64,000 bases of DNA from Clostridia bacterium (lineage in GTDB: Bacteria > Bacillota > Clostridia > TANB77 > CAG-465): NCBI GenBank assembly GCA_045536565.1, contig JAZSNU010000011.1, positions 1-64,000 of the forward strand, written 5' to 3'. The notes below the pieces were generated by a model. That model saw only the letters and a program-made list of their open reading frames with translations. It had not been told where the DNA came from and searched no databases. A program made the position numbers and the translations under genes. This document shows, piece after piece, positions 42,757 through 51,736 of the stretch (position 1 is the first letter of the stretch; the number at the start of each line of letters is the position of its first letter).

Positions 42757-42831
42757 CATTGGTTTAAGCACTGCCTCTTACCTTGGCGTGTTTGAATATA
42801 TATATTTTAAATGTATAGGAGGAATTATATT

Positions 42832-43221
42832 ATGAAAAAAGGTATTTCATTAATCGTATTAGTAATAACAATAATTGTTATGATAATTATAGCTGGTGCT
42901 ATAATATTATCTCTTAGCGGTTCTAATGTAACTGCAAGAGCAAACCTTGCAACATTATTATCTGATAGAGCAAACTATCAAGCTGCATATGCAACAAAAT
43001 ATGCTGAAAACACAAATGCAGATGGAACTGTAACAGAAGTAACAGCTACTGATATTAAACTTCCATCTGGAGAACAAACATATGGAACTTGGTCTTTAGA
43101 TAATGGAGTAGTTAAATTTACTATAAAAGCAAATGTTGATTTGCAAAAAACTTATGGTTTGACAGCTTCTGATATAGGAGCAACTGGTAAGTACACTTGG
43201 ATAACACAAGCATCTACTTAA
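42832..43221 (+). CDS. Probable major type IV pilin
   Basis: MKKG|ISLIVLVITIIVMIIIAGAIIL; strong AGGAGG SD; followed by a terminator. Confidence 0.85.
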   Translation: MKKGISLIVLVITIIVMIIIAGAIILSLSGSNVTARANLATLLSDRANYQAAYATKYAENTNADGTVTEVTATDIKLPSGEQTYGTWSLDNGVVKFTIKANVDLQKTYGLTASDIGATGKYTWITQAST

Positions 43222-43279
43222 ACAGCAGCTTAATTAAATAAAATAAAAAACAAAACTAATACGAAAGAAAATTGTTATT

Positions 43280-43309
43280 AAGAGGTATACTTTAAGTATA
43301 TCTCTTTTT
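43280..43309 (+). terminator. Intrinsic terminator after the pilin gene
   Basis: AAGAGGTATAC-TTTAA-GTATATCTCTT plus T tract. Confidence 0.8.
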
Positions 43310-43449
43310 ACTTTTTTGTGTATTATTTCTTTTATATTACATAGATATATAAAAAATATTACATGTGCATATATTAGTGTAATTTTGCTTTGTTTTGTGG
43401 TAAAATAAAGGCGAATTAAATGGTAAAATGGCACATGTTGGAGGAGTAA

Positions 43450-44241
43450 ATGGATATAGAATTAATCGTAGATATAGTTTACATGGTTTGCTTTTTTGTG
43501 ATAGGAACTTTATTTGGTAGTTTCTTTACACTTGCAACATATAGAATACCTAGAAAACAAGATATAATGGTTAAAAGATCGTATTGTACAAGTTGTAAAC
43601 ATGAACTGGGTTTCTTTGATTTAATACCAGTACTTAGTTATGTGTTTTTAGGTGGAAAATGTAAATATTGCAAAGAGAAAATAAGTATTAGATATCCTCT
43701 TTTTGAAATATTTAATGGATTATTTTTCTTATTAACATATTATTTGTTTGGTATATCTTGGATATTATTTGCAACACTAGGTATATATATTGCTTTATTC
43801 CTTGTAATAGAATGTCATATAATGAAAAAGAAAATGAAGGAGTCTGATGATTCTGTTTCCGGTAAAAAAGGTGTATTTAATGTAGAACTTTTAGTTGCAG
43901 TTTTTGCCTTTCTAATATACTATGTAGCAACTATTTATACTACAAGAAATTATGAAGATACATTAAGACTTACTAATTTAAAGTCTAGTGCAATGAATGT
44001 TGCAATAAATGTTTTAGAAGAAAATAAAGCAAAAGCATATGAAGAAGTGGATAATGTGTATAATGAAGTAGTAAAAGTTGATGGATATACTTTTTACTAC
44101 ACATTAAATGTAAATGAATATGAGGATATATCAGGAGATACTAATCCTGTGGATGTAAAAAAACTTGGAGTAACAGTTTCATATAAATATAATAATAAGG
44201 ATTATACTGTTGATTTTGAAACTTTAATTTATGAGGAGTAG
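43450..44241 (+). CDS. Prepilin peptidase (A24) N-terminal Zn domain fused to a minor-pilin-like domain
   Basis: GSFF..YRIP..RSYCTSCKHEL..DLIPVLSY..GKCKYCKEKISIRYP; no GxGD catalytic motif; internal KKG|VFNVELLVA. Confidence 0.8.
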   Translation: MDIELIVDIVYMVCFFVIGTLFGSFFTLATYRIPRKQDIMVKRSYCTSCKHELGFFDLIPVLSYVFLGGKCKYCKEKISIRYPLFEIFNGLFFLLTYYLFGISWILFATLGIYIALFLVIECHIMKKKMKESDDSVSGKKGVFNVELLVAVFAFLIYYVATIYTTRNYEDTLRLTNLKSSAMNVAINVLEENKAKAYEEVDNVYNEVVKVDGYTFYYTLNVNEYEDISGDTNPVDVKKLGVTVSYKYNNKDYTVDFETLIYEE

Positions 44242-44246
44242 TATAG

Positions 44247-44672
44247 ATGAAGTTAAATAATAAAAAGGGAATTACAGTAACATCAATTGTTGTGTATGTT
44301 ATACTTTTCTTTGCGTTTACAACTACAATTACATCAATATCATCAAGATTTAATAAATCATTATTTGATGATAGAGGAAAAACAATTAATGTTACAGCAA
44401 TAAATAAATTAGAATATAATTTGCTAGATAGTGCTAAAAATAGTTATGATTTAGAATATTCAGTAAATGGACAAAATATAACTTTGGAATTTTCAAATTC
44501 AGATGTATATGTTTTTAATTTAACAGATAATGTAGTGTATAAAAATGGTGGAAAATTAGTTAAACATTTAAAATCAGCTGAAATAACATATCAAGATAAT
44601 TTAATTGATATTGATTTAACACTAAATAAATATACAAATGAGGTTACAAGAAATATTAAAATATCAATTTAA
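44247..44672 (+). CDS. Minor pilin-like protein
   Basis: NKKG|ITVTSIVVYVILFF class III-like signal. Confidence 0.75.
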   Translation: MKLNNKKGITVTSIVVYVILFFAFTTTITSISSRFNKSLFDDRGKTINVTAINKLEYNLLDSAKNSYDLEYSVNGQNITLEFSNSDVYVFNLTDNVVYKNGGKLVKHLKSAEITYQDNLIDIDLTLNKYTNEVTRNIKISI

Positions 44673-44695
44673 TTTATATAAAGGTAGGAAAAAAC

Positions 44696-44899
44696 ATGAA
44701 AAAAAGATTTAGTAATTTAAAAGGTTCAGGAACACTTATTGTTATAATATCAGCAATTGTGTTTATGACATATGCTACATCTACATTTTCTGATGTAAGA
44801 CATATGAAGTATATGCAGGAAGAATATGAGAATAATATTAGAGAGTTATATGAAGAAGAACTAGAAATATTATCATCTGATAATTATGTTTTAAAATAG
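44696..44899 (+). CDS. Short minor pilin-like protein (PilX/ComGG-like position)
   Basis: LKG|SGTLIVIISAIVF. Confidence 0.6.
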   Translation: MKKRFSNLKGSGTLIVIISAIVFMTYATSTFSDVRHMKYMQEEYENNIRELYEEELEILSSDNYVLK

Positions 44900-44923
44900 G
44901 TTATAACTTATGGAGGTAAATAT

Positions 44924-46561
44924 ATGTTTGAAAATATAAAAGGAAGAAGAAACCCACTAGGAACAGAACTTATTAACAAAGGATTAATTACTGAAAAACA
45001 ATTGGACGAGGTTTTAAATTATCAAAAGGAACATCCGGAGTTTAAGATTGGAGAAGTAGTAGATATACTAAATATGTGTGATAAGAAGAGACTACTTGCC
45101 GTTGTTGCGGAACAACTTAAACAAAAAAGTGTAAATTTAGATGATGGAATTTCTATTGACTATTCTGAATTTTTACCAAGAGATGTTGTTATAAATAACA
45201 AAGCAATTCCATTTGCGATAGATGGAACAACTGTAAGAGTTGCATTCTCTGATCCACTTGATGAAAAGTCAGTTAACGAAGTAAAACTTCTTTTAGTAAA
45301 CAAAGGGTTCCAAATGGAGAAATATTATACTTTGTATTCAATGATTATGGAGCAAATTCAAGATGTGAAAAATGTTCAGAATAATTATGTTGATACTAAG
45401 GAAAAAGACACAACAGTACTTGTTGATAATATTATCCTTACAGCAATGAAGCAAAGAGCAAGTGATATTCATATTGAACCAACAGAAAAAAAAGTAAGAA
45501 TACGTTACAGAATAGATGGAGAAATGGTAGAAGTATCTGAACTTCCAAAATCAAGACAAGGTGTTATAACAGGTAGAATTAAATCTATTTCTAATATGCA
45601 CCAAGAAATAACAACCGATCAAGATGGTAGAATAAATTCATATGATAATTACAGTATTCGTGTATCTACGCAAAAAAATGTTAATGGAGAAAAATTTGTT
45701 CTAAGATTACTAAAAAAGAATTCTGATGTAAGAACTTTAAAAGAATTAGGTTTTCCACATAATGATGAAATGGTTAAGGAAGCATTTGATAAGAAAAATG
45801 GAATTATACTATTATGTGCACCAACAGGTGAAGGTAAAACAACAACTTTATATAGTATACTTGATTATTTAAACAGTCCTAATATAAATGTTGTAACAAT
45901 TGAAGACCCGGTAGAAATAAGAATGCCTGGTATAAATCAAGTTGAAATAGGACATGATACTTCTTTTGCAGGAGCGCTTAGAACTGTTTTAAGACAAGAT
46001 CCAAATATTATTCTTGTAGGTGAGATAAGAGATAGAGAAACAGCTCAAACTGCAATAGAATCAGGACAAACAGGTCACCTTGTTTTAAGTACAATACATA
46101 CAGTAAATGCTATTGAGGCTATAACAAGAATAAGAAAAATGGGTATTTCAGATTATGATGTATCATCTACATTTGTAACTGTAATTTCTCAAAGACTTAT
46201 AAGAAGACTATGCACAAAATGTAAAAAGCCACATGTAATTACAGAAGATGAGAAGAAATACATCGAGAGAGTAGAAAAGATAACAGGATATAAATTTGAT
46301 TTAGATAAAGCAAAAATGTATGAGCCAGTTGGCTGCGATGAGTGTTCAGGACTTGGATATTTTGAAAGAATAGGAGCGTTTGAAGTTCTATATATTGATG
46401 ATTATCTAAAAGAAATGATTTCTTCTGGAAAATCATCTATTGATATAAAGAAATATGCAATTGAGGAAACATCATATAAACCACTTATTGTGGATGCTGT
46501 AAATAAATGTTTAGACGGAATAACAACAATAGAGGAAATACAAAAGAAAATGAGTATATAA
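44924..46561 (+). CDS. pilB: Type IV pilus assembly ATPase (GspE/PilB)
   Basis: ASDIHIEP, RYRIDG, APTGEGKTTT, TIEDPVE, LRQDPNIILVGEIRD, TGHLVLSTIH, tetracysteine motif. Confidence 0.95.
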   Translation: MFENIKGRRNPLGTELINKGLITEKQLDEVLNYQKEHPEFKIGEVVDILNMCDKKRLLAVVAEQLKQKSVNLDDGISIDYSEFLPRDVVINNKAIPFAIDGTTVRVAFSDPLDEKSVNEVKLLLVNKGFQMEKYYTLYSMIMEQIQDVKNVQNNYVDTKEKDTTVLVDNIILTAMKQRASDIHIEPTEKKVRIRYRIDGEMVEVSELPKSRQGVITGRIKSISNMHQEITTDQDGRINSYDNYSIRVSTQKNVNGEKFVLRLLKKNSDVRTLKELGFPHNDEMVKEAFDKKNGIILLCAPTGEGKTTTLYSILDYLNSPNINVVTIEDPVEIRMPGINQVEIGHDTSFAGALRTVLRQDPNIILVGEIRDRETAQTAIESGQTGHLVLSTIHTVNAIEAITRIRKMGISDYDVSSTFVTVISQRLIRRLCTKCKKPHVITEDEKKYIERVEKITGYKFDLDKAKMYEPVGCDECSGLGYFERIGAFEVLYIDDYLKEMISSGKSSIDIKKYAIEETSYKPLIVDAVNKCLDGITTIEEIQKKMSI

Positions 46562-46574
46562 TAAAAGGGGTATT

Positions 46575-47660
46575 ATGGATAAGTTTTTAAAAATTTTGGA
46601 TATAGCAATTGAGTTACAATCATCTGATATTCATTTAATGAATGGTAAATCACCTGTTTATAGAGTGGATAAACAACTTATTATAAAAGAGGAAATAGAG
46701 CCACTTAACAGATATGATTTAGAAAGTTTAATGGAATATCTTGTAGATGATAGTCTAGAACTAGTTGAAATATTTGAAACTAGTAAAAGATTAGATATTT
46801 CATATGAGCATAATGGAAAAAGATTTAGGGTAAATGCTAGTATGGCATCAGGTATTCCTGTGTTTTCAATAAGACTGATTAGAAACGATGATATAGATAT
46901 AAGGGGTCTTAAATTAGAAGAAATGGTAAAAACTATAAAGAGTTTTAATACAGGTTTGGTGTTAATAACAGGTAAAGTAAATTCCGGTAAAACTACAACT
47001 TTAAACGCATATGTTCAGAGTATGAATAGAACCCAGAATAAAAAGATTGTAATGCTTGAAGAACCGATCGAATATACGCATAAATCTAATAAATGTATGA
47101 TAGTACAAAAAGAGGTCGGAAAAGCAGGAGATATCCCATCGTATTATGATGGAGTAATAAATTTGCTAAGGGAAGATTCTGATGTGGCAATTATTGGAGA
47201 GATTAGAGATAGACAAACTATGGATGCTGTTTTAGATTTAGCAGAATCAGGTACGCTGGTTATAGGAACACTTCATACTAGGTCTGCTGGTGAAACATTA
47301 GATAGAATACTTGGAATGTATGCTCCTAGCGAACAGAAGTCTATAAAATATATATTATCTACTGTAATTAAAGCAATTGTTTCGCAGAAATTGGTAAAAG
47401 ATAAAGAGCAGCACTTAATAATGGTTCCAGAAATAATGATTAATAATCCAGTTATTGCGGCTTTAATTAGGCAAGATAATTTTAGTATTTCTGAAATACA
47501 AGACGCTATAAATATAAAAAATGACAAAGGAACAATAAGTTTTGAAAGATCATTTGCTAAACTATATAAAGAGGGTATAATAACTCTTGACAGTATAAAA
47601 GACAATGTGGAAGACAATCAATATGAATATATAATGAAATTAATAGGAGGCGATAGTTAG
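46575..47660 (+). CDS. pilT: PilT/PilU-like retraction ATPase (divergent)
   Basis: SSDIHL, GLVLITGKVNSGKTTTL, EEPIEY, LREDSDVAIIGEIRD, GTLHT. Confidence 0.88.
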   Translation: MDKFLKILDIAIELQSSDIHLMNGKSPVYRVDKQLIIKEEIEPLNRYDLESLMEYLVDDSLELVEIFETSKRLDISYEHNGKRFRVNASMASGIPVFSIRLIRNDDIDIRGLKLEEMVKTIKSFNTGLVLITGKVNSGKTTTLNAYVQSMNRTQNKKIVMLEEPIEYTHKSNKCMIVQKEVGKAGDIPSYYDGVINLLREDSDVAIIGEIRDRQTMDAVLDLAESGTLVIGTLHTRSAGETLDRILGMYAPSEQKSIKYILSTVIKAIVSQKLVKDKEQHLIMVPEIMINNPVIAALIRQDNFSISEIQDAINIKNDKGTISFERSFAKLYKEGIITLDSIKDNVEDNQYEYIMKLIGGDS

Positions 47661-49021
47661 TGCCTGAATTTAAATATAGAGCAGTTTTAAGAAATGGTAA
47701 AATAATGAGGGGAATTATATCTGCTAAAAATAAATCAGATGTAATACAAATGCTAAAAAACACAAAAATGACGCCAATATCTATTATTGCTAAAAGAATT
47801 AGAAGACCAGCAGTTCAGAAAAAGAAAATAGACTTTGAAAAACTCGGTAAGGTTGCTGATAAAAATGTTCAAAAAAGTAAAAGAACTTTGTTCCCAAATC
47901 TAAAAACTGCAACTGATGGTAAATCAAAACTTGCAGCAATACTTACAGCAGATGTAAGTTTATCTAAAAAAGTAAAACCAAAAGATGTATTAATATTTAC
48001 TAATAGTTTATATATACTTAAAAAAGCAAAATTTAACAACATAACAGCATTGGAATCGGTATATAATAGTACAGAAAATAAAAAATTAAGAGACATTGTT
48101 GAAGAAATAATGATTGGTGTTGAATCCGGTGAAAAAATACATAGTGTTATGAATAAATATCCTAATGTATTCCCACCACTTTATACTAACTTCGTAAGAG
48201 TTGGTGAAGAGTCTGGTTCACTTGATTCTGCACTTGAATATGGTAGAGATTACATGGAAAGTAGTATGAAACTTAGGAAAACAATAAGAGGAATACTTTT
48301 ACCTAAAATACTATTTTTCGTATTAGTATGTGTGTTAATGATTGTAGCATTATTATTTGGTTCTCCTATGATTGAAAATGTGTATGATATGTTTGGCGTA
48401 GATAAAGAGCTTCCAGCAGCAACCCAAGTAGCGATAAAAATTTCAAATTGGATATTGAAATATTGGTATATTGTGCTTAGTATTGTTGCAGGTTTATGGG
48501 CACTCTTTAAAGTATATGTCGCAACACCTATTGGAAGATATAATGTTGATAAATTGAAAATTAAATTCCCTGTTTTTGGTAAGCTATATTTAAATATATT
48601 AACTAATAAATTTTTCCAAGCAATGATGCTTAACTTAAAAAATGGAATGAGGATTCAAGATTGTTTAGAGACCTCAAAAAGTGTTACTAACAACTATTAT
48701 TTCCTAGCCCTTATAGAAACAGGTAAAAACAATCTATTATCTGGTGGTTCTTGGGTAGAACCTTTTGAAATCGAAAAAGCATTTACACCAATGATGCTTG
48801 AAATGATTCAAATAGGAATGCAAACAGATCTTGTAGAAATGATGGAAAAAATAGAAGAATATGTAAGACAAGAAATAGATGAATCTATTGCAGCAACTAT
48901 AAAAGCATTACCAGAAATAATGTATGTATTTATAGGTATAGTATTGATATTCTTCGTAATAACAGTAATGGTACCGCTTATAGATGTATACATGGGTGGA
49001 TTCTTGTTTGAAACAGTATAA
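47660..49021 (+). CDS. pilC: Type II secretion F / PilC platform protein
   Basis: FKYRA..GKIMRG, VRVGEESGSLD, three TMs, two T2SSF-like halves. Confidence 0.9.
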   Translation: MPEFKYRAVLRNGKIMRGIISAKNKSDVIQMLKNTKMTPISIIAKRIRRPAVQKKKIDFEKLGKVADKNVQKSKRTLFPNLKTATDGKSKLAAILTADVSLSKKVKPKDVLIFTNSLYILKKAKFNNITALESVYNSTENKKLRDIVEEIMIGVESGEKIHSVMNKYPNVFPPLYTNFVRVGEESGSLDSALEYGRDYMESSMKLRKTIRGILLPKILFFVLVCVLMIVALLFGSPMIENVYDMFGVDKELPAATQVAIKISNWILKYWYIVLSIVAGLWALFKVYVATPIGRYNVDKLKIKFPVFGKLYLNILTNKFFQAMMLNLKNGMRIQDCLETSKSVTNNYYFLALIETGKNNLLSGGSWVEPFEIEKAFTPMMLEMIQIGMQTDLVEMMEKIEEYVRQEIDESIAATIKALPEIMYVFIGIVLIFFVITVMVPLIDVYMGGFLFETV

Positions 49022-49172
49022 TAAAACATATTAGAATATATTGAATATATAAATTCAATTTAACTATATAAGTTGAAAAACATATATAAAATGTGGTATA
49101 ATACACCCAGTACAAATATAATGTACTGGGTGCCTTTTTATTATAAATATTAGGAGATTGTGAGGTAAATAT

Positions 49173-50081
49173 ATGTTAAACATATCAAATATAGTAGATG
49201 TAATAGATGAAGATAAAGTAATATTTAATGAACCTATGAAAAAACATACTACTATTAAAGTGGGTGGAAATGCTGATGTAATGGTTATGCCATCTACTAA
49301 TGAAGATATAATTAATGTATTAAAATTTGCAAAAGAAAATAATATACCAATTACTATAATAGGAAATGGAAGTAAGTTGTTAGTTACTGATAAAGGAATC
49401 CGAGGAATAGTAATAAAAATAAGCAGTAAATTCAGTAATTATACAATAGATGGCGAGTATGTAACTGCTTGTGCTGGAATGTCAATGCCTAAACTTTCAA
49501 GAATCGTTATGAAAGAAGGTCTTTCAGGTTTAGAGTTTGCATGTGGAATACCAGGTGTATTAGGTGGCGGAATTAGAATGAATGCAGGTGCATATGGCTC
49601 TGAAATATCATCTGTATTAGTTAGGACAACATATATTGATGATGAGCTAAATATAAAAACATTAGAACATGATGAGCACAATTTCTCATATAGATATAGT
49701 TATTTTAAGGATCATCCATCTTTCGTTATAATATCAGCAGAGTTTAAACTTGAAAGAAAAGATATTTCTAAAATAAAGGAAAAAATGGATGAAAATTCAA
49801 AATCTAGAAAAGAAAAACAACCACTTGAATATCCTAATGCGGGAAGTACTTTTAAAAGACCAGATGGGTTTTATGTAGGAACAATGCTTGAAGAATTAGG
49901 ACTTAAAGGGTATAGAGTTGGGGATGCAGAAATATCTACTAAACATGCTGGATTTATAGTAAATAGAGGAAATGCAACAGCAGCAGATGTAATGGCAGTT
50001 ATAGAATATTCGAAAAATAAGGTTTATGAAAAATATGGTGTAAAATTAGAAAATGAGATAGAAATAATTGGTGAAATGTAA
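49173..50081 (+). CDS. murB: UDP-N-acetylenolpyruvoylglucosamine reductase
   Basis: HTTIKVGG, GIPGVLGGGIRMNAGAYG, QPLEYPNAGSTFKRP, KHAGFIVN. Confidence 0.96.
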   Translation: MLNISNIVDVIDEDKVIFNEPMKKHTTIKVGGNADVMVMPSTNEDIINVLKFAKENNIPITIIGNGSKLLVTDKGIRGIVIKISSKFSNYTIDGEYVTACAGMSMPKLSRIVMKEGLSGLEFACGIPGVLGGGIRMNAGAYGSEISSVLVRTTYIDDELNIKTLEHDEHNFSYRYSYFKDHPSFVIISAEFKLERKDISKIKEKMDENSKSRKEKQPLEYPNAGSTFKRPDGFYVGTMLEELGLKGYRVGDAEISTKHAGFIVNRGNATAADVMAVIEYSKNKVYEKYGVKLENEIEIIGEM

Positions 50082-50121
50082 AATAACGAAAGTAATTTAT
50101 ATAAGGAAAAGAGGATAAAAA

Positions 50122-51702
50122 ATGCGAGTATTATTAGAATGGCTTAGACCAGGAGTAAAAGTTAAAAGATATATATTGTTACAACTTGTATCAATATCAA
50201 GTTTAGTATATGCAATTTCAACACTTATAGCAAGAGAAAATATGGCTTTTAGAACACTTATTGCATATATTGCATTAATTACAATAGCGTTGTTTTTAAC
50301 AATCTATTCATTCATATTAGCACAAAGAAGTGTGCTTATGGCAACACTTAAAGGTCTAGCATATAAAGGAAAAAATGTAGATATTAGAAGATTGTTATAC
50401 ACAGAAAATGTACTAAAAAAAGGACCGAAGGTAGTAATTATTGGTGGTGGAAAAGGTTTATCTAATATATTAAGTGGATTAAAAGAATATACATCTAATA
50501 TAACATCAATTGTATCAACATTTGATGATGGTGGAAGTACAGGAAGATTAATGGAGCAAATGGACATATTACCACCAGGGGATATTAGAAAATCTGTAAT
50601 AGCATTATCAGAAGCAGGGCCTACTATGGAAAGTTTACTTACATATAGATTCCAAGGCGGAACAGTTGATAATCATTCACTAGGTAATCTATTTATAGCG
50701 GCACTTACTGAAATAACTGGAAGTTTCCCAGGTGCAATTCAAAAAATGTCAGATATATTCAATGTAAGAGGGAAAATATTACCTGTTACTATTGGTAAAG
50801 CCAAATTATGTGCTGGTTTAGAAAATGGTGAAATAGTTGTTGGTGAAAATAATATTCGTCCAAGAGTGTTAGAATCAAAAAGTAAAATCAAACAAATATT
50901 TTTAAAAGATGGAGAGGTTACACCAGCAGATGGGGTAATAGAGAGTATAAGAAATGCAGATGTAATTGTAATTGGACCAGGTAGTCTGTATACTAGTGTT
51001 GCATGTAATTTCTTAGTTAGAGATTTAGGTAAAGCAGTTATTCAATCAAGAGCTAAAAAAATATTTATATCTAATCTTATGAATGAACCAGGAGAAACAC
51101 TTGGTTATACACTTGCTAAGCATGTTAATGAAATAGAAAGATACATTGGTAAACATGTAATAGATTATTGTATTTGTAACAATGGAGAAGTTACAAAAGA
51201 AATGATAAAAGACTTTAACCAAGGCGAATCAACACCAGTTACAATGGATTTAGATAATATTAAAAATAGAGCAATATCTATAATTCAAGAGGATTTAGTG
51301 GTTACTGCTCCAAATAGTATATTACATGATAATCACAGAGTATCTGAAATTATAATTGAAATAGCAAAGAGAAAAAAAGGTGGAAAATTAAATCTACTAA
51401 AAATAAAGAAAAAACACAAAGTAGTCGCTAAAAAGTTAAATAATAAAGCGGGTACAAGTAAATCAAAGAAAATAGAGGATATAAACATATCTGAAATAAC
51501 AGCAAAAAAACATAAAGAGGCTATTAAAAAAGCAGAAACAAAAGTTGCTGCAAAAAGCAAAGTGAATGCACAAGTAAATAAAAAAACAGTTGCAACTAAG
51601 AATATTGATACAAAAAATACTGCTGATATAAAAGATATAAAAGATGAAGTTAAAAAGATAACTTCAAAGAAAACAGCAGTAAAAACTGAAACAAATAAAT
51701 AA
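50122..51702 (+). CDS. YvcK/GlmR (UPF0052) protein with N-terminal TMs and a Lys-rich tail
   Basis: IGGGKGL, DDGGSTGRL, PPGDIR, HSLGNL, GPGSLYTS. Confidence 0.92.
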   Translation: MRVLLEWLRPGVKVKRYILLQLVSISSLVYAISTLIARENMAFRTLIAYIALITIALFLTIYSFILAQRSVLMATLKGLAYKGKNVDIRRLLYTENVLKKGPKVVIIGGGKGLSNILSGLKEYTSNITSIVSTFDDGGSTGRLMEQMDILPPGDIRKSVIALSEAGPTMESLLTYRFQGGTVDNHSLGNLFIAALTEITGSFPGAIQKMSDIFNVRGKILPVTIGKAKLCAGLENGEIVVGENNIRPRVLESKSKIKQIFLKDGEVTPADGVIESIRNADVIVIGPGSLYTSVACNFLVRDLGKAVIQSRAKKIFISNLMNEPGETLGYTLAKHVNEIERYIGKHVIDYCICNNGEVTKEMIKDFNQGESTPVTMDLDNIKNRAISIIQEDLVVTAPNSILHDNHRVSEIIIEIAKRKKGGKLNLLKIKKKHKVVAKKLNNKAGTSKSKKIEDINISEITAKKHKEAIKKAETKVAAKSKVNAQVNKKTVATKNIDTKNTADIKDIKDEVKKITSKKTAVKTETNK

Positions 51703-51736
51703 TTAATATTTAACATATGAAGAGGTAAGCAATAAT

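Noticed and set aside
42757-42831. c-di-GMP riboswitch before the major pilin, as in C. difficile
   Set aside because: The region is too short and lacks recognisable class I or II aptamer motifs.
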